In this document: piece after piece, positions 22,379 through 32,747 of the stretch
How the letters are laid out: each line of letters begins with the position of its first letter
Numbering within the stretch: the first letter of the stretch is position 1
NCBI GenBank assembly: GCA_034661055.1
Contig: JAYEKO010000015.1
Location: forward strand, 36,950 to 100,949
Source of the DNA: Campylobacterota bacterium
GTDB lineage: Bacteria > Campylobacterota > Campylobacteria > Campylobacterales > Sulfurimonadaceae
Reading direction: 5' to 3'
Length of the DNA: 64,000 nucleotides
Program-made: the position numbers and the translations under genes
Notes under the pieces: model-generated
Database searches by the model: none
What the model was told of the DNA's origin: nothing
What the model saw: only the letters and a program-made list of their open reading frames with translations

Positions 22379-22514
22379 TATATATGTTCCTATATTATGA
22401 TCACAACAGATCATATAAAATTTTTTTGAAATTATGCCCTGTTTTTACTTTAAATACTAACTGAAGATGGTTTTACATGTAATTTAATTACATGTAAAAA
22501 TAGATGCAGAGCAG

Positions 22515-23339
22515 TTAATGAGTTGCATTAACCTCTGTTGTGCTAAGCTCAATCTCTGCTCCTGGAAGAGCTACTGTCTCAGCTACAGCTTTCCCTACAG
22601 CATCTTGAGGCGCTTCACTGCTAAGATCCTTTTTAACACTCTGCTCAACCTCTTCTACAGCTTCTAAAGTCGCTCCTGAAACTTCTTTTAGCTCATCAAG
22701 TTTATCATGAAGTGCTTCTAATTCTGCTGCATGGGCTGCTTTAAGTGCCTCTAACTCTTCTAACTCTTGTGTGAACTCATCCATCTCATCTTTAAGGTCA
22801 TCAATAGTATCTTCTTGTGTTGATACTAGTTTAACATTTGCACCATATTCATAAACAAGCTCTCCACCATCTTTGCCTTGTCTCATGCTACCTGCAATAA
22901 AGCCTATTAATAAAATTATGAATAAGGACTTTGCCCATCCACGAGATACCAACATACTAAATGCTTTCATTGCTGCAAGAATAATAGAAGCATATACTAA
23001 ATAGGTTCCAATCAGCTTATGCTCTTTTAACTCTGCTTGTCCTGCGCTACTAAGTAGTGGTCCTGATTCAGAACCGTCAACTTTTCCTGTAAAAAAAGCT
23101 GCGAAATAGATAACAACAAGAAGAAGTGTCAAAAATAGTGAAGTCACACTCATTGCACGTCGCTTAAACGCTATGTTATCAATCTCTACAGATGATTTAA
23201 ATAGCAGATTACTAAGCTCTATCAATAGAATAATTACAGGAAGTGCAATAGCAAAATGCACTGCAATAGGATGTACCAATAAAGGGATCTCAAATGGTAA
23301 CGCCAACGTAAAAGGAATGTCTAAAGCCGGTAAAGTCAT
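22515..23339 (-). CDS. DUF2231-like membrane protein with acidic coiled-coil tail
   Basis: HPIAVHFAIALP, H in 'KEHK', GGELVYEYG. Confidence 0.7.
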   Translation of the reverse strand: MTLPALDIPFTLALPFEIPLLVHPIAVHFAIALPVIILLIELSNLLFKSSVEIDNIAFKRRAMSVTSLFLTLLLVVIYFAAFFTGKVDGSESGPLLSSAGQAELKEHKLIGTYLVYASIILAAMKAFSMLVSRGWAKSLFIILLIGFIAGSMRQGKDGGELVYEYGANVKLVSTQEDTIDDLKDEMDEFTQELEELEALKAAHAAELEALHDKLDELKEVSGATLEAVEEVEQSVKKDLSSEAPQDAVGKAVAETVALPGAEIELSTTEVNATH

Positions 23340-23403
23340 AATGTCTCTCTTTGTGAAATTTTTTTGATTATACCATTATAACTTTAAAGAATAATAGTAA
23401 TGT

Positions 23404-24225
23404 TTAAAAATAGTAGCCTACTCGCAAGTTGCTTGAGAGATCACTCGTAGCATCAGTAAGGCCTTTTGAGTAAGATAATGTAAAAAACCAGTTATCATTT
23501 ACTCCATAAAAAAGATAGAGAGAAAGGTTTCGAATTTTCTCAATCTCTTGAATAACACTATCAGCATTAAGATAAGATAAACTTGTATAGATATTAGCTT
23601 TTAAGTAGTAACCAAGCCCAAAATTAAATGATGATGTATTTTGAAATTTAAAATAATCAGTATCTTCATCGCCAACAACAGTGTATCCGTAGCCACAAAA
23701 CAGTGAATAGTTTTGAGCAATATAACTCGCAGTAAATGAAGCAGTATAGTCGACTTCGTTATAACTGCTTTTTTGAGTTGGAACTGTAGCGCCTAAGCCA
23801 AAACGTAAAAAAAGGTTCTCTTCATTAAATGGCCTATAGTTGTAGTACACAGAGACGGAGGTGTCATTAAAACCCTTGCTATTGCTAGAGCCCTCAACAT
23901 CCAATGAGTAATATGAGGTGTAAAACTGAGCACTCCAGCTATCTAAAAAAAGATCTGCTTGAAACGTATTTGTTACTGTCTTAAATTCTCTACTAGTACC
24001 ATAATCAGCACTATCATAAGCAATACCAAGAATGACATCATAATGTGAAGCAACAGGGTCAGCATCCATAATTTTGACAATACTACATCCATGCTGATCA
24101 ATGAGATCAGTTATAGGGGTAGCAGGACATCTATCTTTTTGATCAATGACTCCATCGAAATCAACATCATCATAAGCAAATATGACCGTACAAACAAAAA
24201 AAAGATAGAGTATGCTACGCAACAT
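23404..24225 (-). CDS. predicted outer-membrane beta-barrel protein with N-terminal TSP3-like Ca-binding repeat
   Basis: DVDFDGVIDQKDRCPATP...GC; amphipathic strands; C-terminal VGYYF. Confidence 0.65.
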   Translation of the reverse strand: MLRSILYLFFVCTVIFAYDDVDFDGVIDQKDRCPATPITDLIDQHGCSIVKIMDADPVASHYDVILGIAYDSADYGTSREFKTVTNTFQADLFLDSWSAQFYTSYYSLDVEGSSNSKGFNDTSVSVYYNYRPFNEENLFLRFGLGATVPTQKSSYNEVDYTASFTASYIAQNYSLFCGYGYTVVGDEDTDYFKFQNTSSFNFGLGYYLKANIYTSLSYLNADSVIQEIEKIRNLSLYLFYGVNDNWFFTLSYSKGLTDATSDLSSNLRVGYYF

Positions 24226-24232
24226 CTACCCC

Positions 24233-24802
24233 CTAGATTCTATAACTGACTATTCTCATATTGTGTCGCATGATGACAGCTCTTGGAAGTGTACTTGCAA
24301 TATTATTCACAACAGAGCTAGCGGGAACAACTGCTTGTTGTATAACAGTAGATTGTGGGATAACAGTACTGTTTTCAGGTCGATTTGGTGTCGTTTGAGC
24401 ACTAACTATCTGTGCAGTATTAACACTATCTAGAACTTCAGCACCGACAGCACCCTTGCTTGGAATAGCAGACGCTACCATTGCAGCGTCCGCTGTCGCT
24501 ACACTCTGATAGCTATTTAGTATATTATGCTGTCCATTCTGCTCATTAATGCCACTAGAGGCATCTGATAGAGCAACTACACTATTCTTAGAGGGGCTTT
24601 TCACCTGATGTTTCAAAGCGATAATAGCGTGCATGCGCTCTGCTCGACTTAGTTTTGAAAGCTCTCTTTTAAGTTCATTAACAAATTTGTAACGATCACT
24701 ATCACTAGCTTTTCTTATTTTAAGAATCTGGTGTTCTATGTCCATTGCGCTGACGCTATGCAACAAACTTCCTAAAAGCATTAAAACAATCAACTTAAAC
24801 AA
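24233..24802 (-). CDS. secreted hypothetical protein
   Basis: Signal peptide; GGAGG RBS; low-complexity C-terminal half. Confidence 0.6.
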   Translation of the reverse strand: MFKLIVLMLLGSLLHSVSAMDIEHQILKIRKASDSDRYKFVNELKRELSKLSRAERMHAIIALKHQVKSPSKNSVVALSDASSGINEQNGQHNILNSYQSVATADAAMVASAIPSKGAVGAEVLDSVNTAQIVSAQTTPNRPENSTVIPQSTVIQQAVVPASSVVNNIASTLPRAVIMRHNMRIVSYRI

Positions 24803-24881
24803 CTCACACCTCCTCTTGAAAAAATACTAATAAAACTGCATCCTAATTGCGCAAGTATATTGCAAGTTTGTTAGTTGAATG

Positions 24882-25940
24882 TTAGTGTGTAACTAACGAT
24901 GACATATCAAGTTTAAAGGTGGTTCCTTTTCCTACCTCTGATGTAACCTCAATTTTTATTTTCATCTCACCACATAGTTTTTTGACAATGTGCAGGCCAA
25001 TACCTATGCCACGCTGCTGCTCTTTGTAGAAGCGTTGAAAAATTTTATCGGGATTTTTAATACCTTTACCACTATCTTGTATTACAACTGTATTTCCAAT
25101 AGCACCGACATGAACAAAACCGTGGCGCTTATTGTATTTTCCTGCGTTACTGAGCAGATTGTCAAAAATACGAATAAGTGCATCTTCGTTTGCAGAGATA
25201 TTCATAAGTCCTATATCTAACTCATAGTGTATGTCTAAATAGATTTTCTGCATCGCGTCAACACGATCTTTTAAAAGCTTTGAGAGTTCTATTGAGTCAC
25301 TTTGAAGCTCATGGTTGACTATATAGCTCTTGAGATTATCTTGAAGAGAGAGAATAGTGGTAATATTTTGCTCAATCCTAGTCATTTTTTTATCAATAGA
25401 TGGATCACTGTTTCTCTTTTTAATCATCTTCATATTGATTAGCATTGAAGCAATAGGCGTATTAAAGTCATGTAAAATATCTTTAATGAACTCTTCAGTA
25501 AGCAAAAGTGCGGAACGAAGTGGATGAAGAGATAAAAATGAGAAAAAGAGAGCAAGAATAGCAAGAGCCACTGAGACAGCCAGATAGATAAAAATCAGGT
25601 TTTTTTTAATCTCATTAACTTGAAGCTGATACTCTTCTTGGGGGTAAAAAAGCTTCATTAAGTAGTTCTCTGTTTTTGCAATATCATAAAAACTGTAGAG
25701 TCCACTCTCGTCTTTATAGAGCCTATAGGTATCTTGGCTAGTCTTATCTAAAAAGTCAAAATCAAACTGTACACATTTTAAATCATAGTTACATAGCTTC
25801 ATCTCATTAAAGAGTCGATTATCGAGACTATCTATCTCTCTATCATAGTCAAGAGTAAAAATTATGCCTAAAAGAATTTCTAATGAGAAGAAAAAAAGCA
25901 AGAAGCTCTTTACAAGAGCTTCAATCTCAAACTTTTTCAA
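24882..25940 (-). CDS. membrane sensor histidine kinase
   Basis: Two TM segments, H-box HDFNTP, NLLSNAGKY, DSGKGI, GIGLHIV. Confidence 0.92.
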   Translation of the reverse strand: MKKFEIEALVKSFLLFFFSLEILLGIIFTLDYDREIDSLDNRLFNEMKLCNYDLKCVQFDFDFLDKTSQDTYRLYKDESGLYSFYDIAKTENYLMKLFYPQEEYQLQVNEIKKNLIFIYLAVSVALAILALFFSFLSLHPLRSALLLTEEFIKDILHDFNTPIASMLINMKMIKKRNSDPSIDKKMTRIEQNITTILSLQDNLKSYIVNHELQSDSIELSKLLKDRVDAMQKIYLDIHYELDIGLMNISANEDALIRIFDNLLSNAGKYNKRHGFVHVGAIGNTVVIQDSGKGIKNPDKIFQRFYKEQQRGIGIGLHIVKKLCGEMKIKIEVTSEVGKGTTFKLDMSSLVTH

Positions 25941-26559
25941 TCATATATCCTACGCCTCTGACATTGCGTATCTCAACTCCTAATCTACTTTTTAGTTTAT
26001 TTACATGTACACGTAGCGACGCATCAGATGCAATATTTAGAAGATCTAAAAGCTGCTCTTTATCTATAACGTGATTAATATTTTGAATGAGAAGATCAAA
26101 AATTAGAAGCTGTGTCTCACTTAAGTTTGCCAGTTTTCCATCTTGATACAGCTCTTTTGTATTTGGTTCATATTCCAAGTTCATATAGCTGATTTTAGAT
26201 GTTTTATGCATCACTTTTGATTTAACACGAATTAAAAGCTCGTCAGGGTCAAATGGCTTTTTAATATAGTCATCAGCTCCTACCTCAAAACCATGCGCCA
26301 TGGAAGCTATGTCCACTAAAGCCGTCATAAAAATTGCAGGGGTGTCATCATCAGCATCTCGTAAGCTTTTTAGAAGTTCAAAACCATCAATTTCAGGAAC
26401 ATTGACATCAAATATATAGAGTTTGTACTCATTATCGTAAGAGAGGTCTAATGCTTCTTCGCCATCAAGCGCAACATCAACACTGTAGCCCTCATCTTCT
26501 AAAAGCTCCTGAAGCGTCTGAGCAAGTATCTGGTCATCTTCTAATAATAAAATATCCAT
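25927..26559 (-). CDS. OmpR-family response regulator
   Basis: LLEDD, DVNVP, KPF, LRVHVNKLK, NVRGVGY. Confidence 0.93.
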   Translation of the reverse strand: MDILLLEDDQILAQTLQELLEDEGYSVDVALDGEEALDLSYDNEYKLYIFDVNVPEIDGFELLKSLRDADDDTPAIFMTALVDIASMAHGFEVGADDYIKKPFDPDELLIRVKSKVMHKTSKISYMNLEYEPNTKELYQDGKLANLSETQLLIFDLLIQNINHVIDKEQLLDLLNIASDASLRVHVNKLKSRLGVEIRNVRGVGYMIEKV

Positions 26560-26651
26560 GATATCCCCTTTAATGCTAAATTATAGCAAAACTCTAGGGG
26601 GATTTTATTATAGAACCATAAAAGAAGCATTAAAAACAGACTTATGATACA

Positions 26652-27263
26652 CTAAAGCGCAATTACCTTAATAACATTTTCGTTATCTGAATTATCAAGA
26701 AGTATTTTTTCTACACGACGCTGCCACATTATTCCAAATTTTTTACGAGACTCTTTCTCTCCAGCAATAGCTCTTCCCATCATCATCTGCATCTGTGAAG
26801 GATCGCCATCACCAGCAATACTGCTTGGGTCATAAACCACATCAACACTAGCACCTGTATCTACTCGCGTAAAACGTGCAGATGCATTAATTTTTGCATT
26901 GAAGTCCATTAATGAATGTCGTGCAAACTTACCGCCAAGTCCTTTGAAACCGGTAGTTTCAGTTGCTCCTGTAATGTTTGAAATAACATTACCTATAACA
27001 CCTGTCACTCCTTCGTCAGAAGCTGAAGCAAATGCTACTTTTATCTCACCACGGACAGGTAGAGTGTCAGGGTAAAGCGCTTTTAAAGCTTTTAATGTCA
27101 TCAAGTAAGCTCCAGCAACGGTAGGGCAGCTATGTCCAGCACTCTGTACACTATTTAAATAATTAAACTCGACAATTCCTTCTTCAAAGCTTCCTAAGAC
27201 CTCAGAGAGTGGATCATACATAGTAATAGTTTCTACACTGTTATAAAAATTTGGATAGTTCAT
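26652..27263 (-). CDS. FmdE-like protein
   Basis: AGHSCPTVAG resembles the FmdE GH-x-CP motif. Confidence 0.55.
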   Translation of the reverse strand: MNYPNFYNSVETITMYDPLSEVLGSFEEGIVEFNYLNSVQSAGHSCPTVAGAYLMTLKALKALYPDTLPVRGEIKVAFASASDEGVTGVIGNVISNITGATETTGFKGLGGKFARHSLMDFNAKINASARFTRVDTGASVDVVYDPSSIAGDGDPSQMQMMMGRAIAGEKESRKKFGIMWQRRVEKILLDNSDNENVIKVIAL

Positions 27264-27271
27264 TTTTTTCC

Positions 27272-30200
27272 TTATTTAGTAGTTCTTTTTTCTGACCAGA
27301 TAAAAATTAGAGGAATAAACAGTAGTGTCAAAAACGTTCCTACTATTAATCCTCCAATAGCTACTGCACCAAGTGGGGCTAAACGCTCTAGACCTATTGC
27401 CCAGCCCAGTGCAACAGGAATCATTCCTGCTGAGACACTAAAGGCAGTCATTAGTACGGGACGTGTCCGTATTTTAATGCTCTGTAACATCGCCTCAGCA
27501 GCATCAAGTCCCTGTTCCATTTTTTCGGTTGCGAAGTGTATCAATAAAATAGCATTGTTTACAATGATTCCGGACAAGAGAATAAAGCCCATCATCGCAG
27601 GCATGGAGACATGATAATCTAAAATTAGTAGTATCCATGATCCTCCAATAATTGTTAAAGGGATAGAAACAATAATCATCAGCGGAATTTTAATAGAGTT
27701 AAACAGAGCAATCAGTGTAAAGAAAATAAGAATAATAGCAAAACCAATAGCTTTAACCATACGTGATGCTGAATTATTAAACTGTTTAATATCTCCTGTC
27801 TGCTCCATTGTAACCCCAGGCGGTAATACTAAGTCTTTAGAAACTTTTTCAAACGACTCCATGATATGGGTTATTGCCGCTTTTTCTCTAAAGCCATAGA
27901 CATTGATGGTGTACTCCAATCCTTCTCGAGTCAACAGTGTCGGCTCTTTTACTTTTTGCATTATGGCAATAGCATGTAATGGAATCTTACCCTCTTTTGT
28001 CTCTATAAGGAGTTCTAAAATCACATCAATAGCATCACGATCTTTCTCCTCTATCCAGAGACGAATAGGAAAGTCAACACTATTTTGAAGTTCAAATGAT
28101 GCACTCAAACTTCCACGAATCATCATCTGTAGCTGTTGTACAACATCAGCATTTTTAAGGCCATAATAGGCTGCCATTTTCTCATCAATTTTTAAGTTAT
28201 ACACACTTTTATTACTATTCCATGTTCGTGAAACCGAGACAAGCCCTTGGGTCTTGTACATCGCTTTTTCTACCTCATCGGCCGCATGCTCTAAATCATT
28301 AAGATTAGCTCCATAAAGTGTTACATCGATGTTAGCACGAATACTTGCCAAGGCAGTAGCACCAAAATCAACCACTTCTAAGTACTGAATATTCTCAATC
28401 TGAGAAAGCTTTTGACGAAGAGCTCTTTGAATATCCCAAATACTCTCTTCTCTCTCATAGCGGTTGACATATGAAGCAAGTATAGAAATATTATCCGTGC
28501 CTCCACCACTACCAATACTTATAACACCCGCTTCACTACCAATAGAACTAGAGAGTCGTAATAGTTCTCCGGCATCAGTAATAATTTTATTGGCCTCTTG
28601 CACCACTGCCTCACTCTGTCTTAAGGAGAGGTTAGGATCTGTTGTAATTTTAATCTTTACTGAACCCGTATCCATAGGCGGCATTAACTCTTTACCTACC
28701 GTGGGCATAACCCCCTTGACGCTTACTACAAACAGCGCTGCTAACACGACAAAATACAAGATAGCATACCGTTTCTGATTCAGTGCCGCACTCACGGCAT
28801 CGGAGAAAAACTTGTAGCTAAAGTCGTTAAATACTCCTGTAATCTTGTGAAACAGCTTCTCAGCACGTAATATTAAAGGATTTTTAATAGCCAATACTTT
28901 AAGAGAAATAAGCGGTACCGCTGTAATAGAAATAACGTATGATGCCGCTAAGGCTAGCAATAAGGTTGAGACCAACGGACGAAAAACTGTTTGTGGATAA
29001 TCTCCGACAAACAGCATTGGGGAAAGGGCCACCATAGTAGTCAGTGTTCCGGAAAGATCGGCAAACATAATCTCTTTTGTCCCACTAAAGACCGATCTTT
29101 CAATTTTATCGCCAAGTTCTTTATAGTGCCTTTCAATATTTTCCAAAACCACGACGGTATCGTCAAGTAGAAGTCCCAAAGCTAAAATAATTGCCGTTAG
29201 CGTTACCACATTAAACTCAATGCCGACAATCCACATCAACGCAATCGTTGAAGCATAGACCAGTGGAATAGTAAATAACACCACTAACACCTGTCTAAAA
29301 CTTGCTAAAAACAAAAAGACTACAATTGTTGACATAATAATAGCATCACGAAGTGATTCAAACATATTTGAAGTACTTTGAATAATGGTATCTTTTTGCG
29401 TATCGGTTATTTCAAAGGTAAGATTTGGATATCTAGTACGAAAGCTCTCAATCTCATTTTCTGCCGCCTCAATACTTTTAACAACATCAGCATTAATACC
29501 TCGCTGCAAGGAAAGGGCAATGGCAGGTTTTGAGTTTCCATAATAAAGTGCGCTATTTTCCTTGTGCCCAAAATAGATGTTAGCAATATCACCTAAACGA
29601 ATATCTTTGGTAATGGCTATCTCTTTTAAGGCACCGATACTATTGTGCTTACCTTGACTCTTAAGAAGATATCTATCTTTTTCATTGCTAATAAAACCAA
29701 TAGCATAATCTCTGTCATTTTTCTGTAGTGAGGCAATCAACATATCAATACTCATGCCATATTGATCTAAGCTTTTCTTGTCTACAATTACATGTAACTC
29801 TTTAGCATGTCCACCAAAGACATCAACATTGGCAATGCCTTGTGCTTTTAAAAATTTATTCTTTAGCTCATTTTGAGCTAATAATCTAATATCCTCTAAA
29901 GAGGTTTGATTGTTATTACTACTAACACAGAGTGTCAATATGGGAGCTGATGCTGCTGATATTTTATGAAGTATTGGCTCTTTAATATCTGCCGGAAGCA
30001 CAGAGCGAATCTTATCTAAAGCTGCAGAGACATCGTTGGATGCGCTACCTAAATCTTTAGAATACTCAAACTCTGCGCGGATAACACTAACTTCATCAAT
30101 AGTCGTTGAATAAACACGTCGTACCTTATCTATGGTATAGAGCTCTTGTTCGATTGGAACACTAACTGTTGCGGCAATAGTTTTTGCTGAAGCTCCTGGA

Positions 30201-30361
30201 TTGACAATGACGACTGAAACCTCAGGTCGATTAGAGTCAGGAAAGAGCTTTTTATTAATGGTGTTATAACCCACAACACCCAAGAAAAGAAAAAGTGTTA
30301 AAAATGAGTAGATAAAATAGGGACGGCGTAATACCCTCTCAATAAAACTATCATTACTCAT
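27272..30361 (-). CDS. RND efflux permease (AcrB family)
   Basis: 1029 aa; GLLLDD.VVVLENI, GIIVNNAILL, RTRPVLMT. Confidence 0.93.
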   Translation of the reverse strand: MSNDSFIERVLRRPYFIYSFLTLFLFLGVVGYNTINKKLFPDSNRPEVSVVIVNPGASAKTIAATVSVPIEQELYTIDKVRRVYSTTIDEVSVIRAEFEYSKDLGSASNDVSAALDKIRSVLPADIKEPILHKISAASAPILTLCVSSNNNQTSLEDIRLLAQNELKNKFLKAQGIANVDVFGGHAKELHVIVDKKSLDQYGMSIDMLIASLQKNDRDYAIGFISNEKDRYLLKSQGKHNSIGALKEIAITKDIRLGDIANIYFGHKENSALYYGNSKPAIALSLQRGINADVVKSIEAAENEIESFRTRYPNLTFEITDTQKDTIIQSTSNMFESLRDAIIMSTIVVFLFLASFRQVLVVLFTIPLVYASTIALMWIVGIEFNVVTLTAIILALGLLLDDTVVVLENIERHYKELGDKIERSVFSGTKEIMFADLSGTLTTMVALSPMLFVGDYPQTVFRPLVSTLLLALAASYVISITAVPLISLKVLAIKNPLILRAEKLFHKITGVFNDFSYKFFSDAVSAALNQKRYAILYFVVLAALFVVSVKGVMPTVGKELMPPMDTGSVKIKITTDPNLSLRQSEAVVQEANKIITDAGELLRLSSSIGSEAGVISIGSGGGTDNISILASYVNRYEREESIWDIQRALRQKLSQIENIQYLEVVDFGATALASIRANIDVTLYGANLNDLEHAADEVEKAMYKTQGLVSVSRTWNSNKSVYNLKIDEKMAAYYGLKNADVVQQLQMMIRGSLSASFELQNSVDFPIRLWIEEKDRDAIDVILELLIETKEGKIPLHAIAIMQKVKEPTLLTREGLEYTINVYGFREKAAITHIMESFEKVSKDLVLPPGVTMEQTGDIKQFNNSASRMVKAIGFAIILIFFTLIALFNSIKIPLMIIVSIPLTIIGGSWILLILDYHVSMPAMMGFILLSGIIVNNAILLIHFATEKMEQGLDAAEAMLQSIKIRTRPVLMTAFSVSAGMIPVALGWAIGLERLAPLGAVAIGGLIVGTFLTLLFIPLIFIWSEKRTTK

Positions 30362-31416
30362 CTTTTAACACTCACGTTTGAGAGTGTTGGAAGCAGTGAT
30401 AGTTTTGCCTCAGATGCTGTAGCAACATCTACTGAAGGACAGGGTGAAATAAGAGCATCATCACTATTTTGTGCTTTAATATTTACATGTAATGTCTCAA
30501 ATTTGCCTTGAATATACTGCACAACAGAGACTCCCTCTTTATTATGCACAAGCGTATTAAGTGGCACACTGCATCCAGCTATCTTATTAGAATATATCTC
30601 CACATTAATATACGCTCCATTAGCTTGTGTCAGTGTTGTAATAACTTCTGCCTCCATAACATCAAGGCCACCACTAGCATCAGCATAGTGTGAGTCAAGC
30701 CTTGCTACCTCATTACCATTCATGTAGACGTTTTGACCCACACTAAGTTTAAAATCATTCTGAGGAATATAACGAAGTAGTAATTTTTTGTTAGTCGAAT
30801 TCAATGAAAGAATTGTCTTACCAGGAAGTGCCATATCTCCATCTCGCAGAAAAATAGTTCCAACTTTACCATCATAAGGTGCTCTAAGCTTCAAATAATC
30901 CAATTGGACTGTTTTAGCTTTGATATTCTCTCTTGTAGTAATTAGTGCCGCTTTTTTTGCTCTGTATAGCACCTCTGAAGCATCAAGTTTCTCCTTGGCC
31001 AGACCACCAGCTTTGAAAAGTTTCTGATTTTTTGTATATACACCTTTAGTATATGTAACATCACTGCTCAAGCTACTTAAATTTGCTTGGAGCCCATTAA
31101 TTGCCGCTTGCACTTCTCTGGCATCAATAGTAACAAGAAGATCACCCTTGCTAACTAACTGCGACTCTTTTACATGTAAATTTGTAATAAAACCACTCAT
31201 CTTTGAAGACACGTTAGCACGCTTAGCAGATTGCACCTGGGCTAAAAAACTACGCTTTTTACGAATACTCTTATTTGTGGGAGTCACTACTTTAACAGTA
31301 TAAGAGGGTAGCAATGCTACTCCATTTCCCGCCACAGAAGCTTTTTTCTCTTTTAGAAACTTTATGGCTACAAAACCTAAGAGCAGTATTAAAATTATTA
31401 CTATTACTTTTTTCAT
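30358..31416 (-). CDS. RND periplasmic adaptor (MFP)
   Basis: VKESQLVSKGDLL, LRAPYDG; N-terminal anchor; lies between TolC and RND genes. Confidence 0.9.
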   Translation of the reverse strand: MKKVIVIILILLLGFVAIKFLKEKKASVAGNGVALLPSYTVKVVTPTNKSIRKKRSFLAQVQSAKRANVSSKMSGFITNLHVKESQLVSKGDLLVTIDAREVQAAINGLQANLSSLSSDVTYTKGVYTKNQKLFKAGGLAKEKLDASEVLYRAKKAALITTRENIKAKTVQLDYLKLRAPYDGKVGTIFLRDGDMALPGKTILSLNSTNKKLLLRYIPQNDFKLSVGQNVYMNGNEVARLDSHYADASGGLDVMEAEVITTLTQANGAYINVEIYSNKIAGCSVPLNTLVHNKEGVSVVQYIQGKFETLHVNIKAQNSDDALISPCPSVDVATASEAKLSLLPTLSNVSVKR

Positions 31417-32675
31417 TACAACGTCTCACTTTCACGTAAATATTCAAGGTAAAATAGCGCATCTTGATAGCGAAACTCTGTTTCAATAAGACGACTCTGT
31501 GTCAATAGATATTTTGCTTTTGCTAAAAGAAGGTCGTTAAGTTCTACGGCACCATTGTCATAACGCACCTGCTCAATACGCTGTGTCTCATTAAGTAGTG
31601 CCACTTGCGCCTGATTACTTTTAATATTTTGTTGTTCAGACTCCACATTACTTACGGCTTGAATAAACTCTTTTTTCATCAGAAATTTCATTTTACTACT
31701 GTGTAACTTTGCCTGCATCTGAATAATTTCAGCTGATTGCATCTGTGCACTGCGTTTACCAAAATCAAAAAGTGTCCAGTTTGCAGTTACACCTGCTTGC
31801 CATAAGTTTTCATCAAAACCAGCTCCAAAGTTTTGCCCATAATAGGAGTTAAACATCACTTGCGGATAATACAATGCACGTACCTTATCTTGAGCTTTTT
31901 GGGCACGCTTCTCATTTAGAGCAACACTCCGATAGCGTTCAAGCCCCTCAATACTCTTTTCATAAACATTAAGACTACTATTTAACGCTACCTGCTCGAT
32001 ACTGACTTGTTCTAATTCCTCAAGATTTTCAACACCCATAAGCTCAGAGAGCGACGCTCTTAAGATTTTAAGATTTGATCTAATTTTAATAATTTGAAGC
32101 TTTGATTCCTCTATAGCAGCGGCTGATTTTAAGGCATCGAGTTTTGCTTTTTTTTCCAGCTCTACCTCTAAAACAATATTTTTATGCAGTTCATTAACAG
32201 CCTTAAGATAAGAGAGCTGTGCTTGAAGCAGTGCTTGCGATGCTAGAATTTTCAGATAAAGAGACTTCACATTATAAACCAACTGTTGAGAGGTAATACT
32301 CAAAGTGCTGTTAGCTATGACCGTACTAAGCTCTGCTATTTCAATATCACTCTGTTCTTCAAAACCTGTAAAAAGTGCTACCGTATACGTCACTCCCACG
32401 GAGCATAAGTTTTGAGTACTGGGGACACTACTCTCAATAGGAGGAACTAAGGGCTTCAGTGTTCGAGGTAAATTATAGTGTGTATATGAAGCTAAAGCAT
32501 CTAGTTTACCAAAACGTAATGCCTGAGACTGTTTTAGAAGTTGTTTTTGCTTTAGGGTGTCAGAACGTACTAAGTTAATATTTGGATTTTTTTCTAACGC
32601 GGTGTGTACTGCCTCATCTAGTGTTAGCGCAAATAGAGGCATACCTAATAGCATAAAAAAAGGTAGATACCTCAT
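31416..32675 (-). CDS. TolC-family outer membrane efflux protein
   Basis: LTLDEAV..AL..NP, YYPQV, W.LFDFG; first gene of the efflux operon. Confidence 0.88.
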   Translation of the reverse strand: MRYLPFFMLLGMPLFALTLDEAVHTALEKNPNINLVRSDTLKQKQLLKQSQALRFGKLDALASYTHYNLPRTLKPLVPPIESSVPSTQNLCSVGVTYTVALFTGFEEQSDIEIAELSTVIANSTLSITSQQLVYNVKSLYLKILASQALLQAQLSYLKAVNELHKNIVLEVELEKKAKLDALKSAAAIEESKLQIIKIRSNLKILRASLSELMGVENLEELEQVSIEQVALNSSLNVYEKSIEGLERYRSVALNEKRAQKAQDKVRALYYPQVMFNSYYGQNFGAGFDENLWQAGVTANWTLFDFGKRSAQMQSAEIIQMQAKLHSSKMKFLMKKEFIQAVSNVESEQQNIKSNQAQVALLNETQRIEQVRYDNGAVELNDLLLAKAKYLLTQSRLIETEFRYQDALFYLEYLRESETL

Positions 32676-32747
32676 TAAGACTCCTTAAGCCATATTGACT
32701 TGCATTATCTCATAATGGTACACATTAAGAGATGACGTAAAACAATT

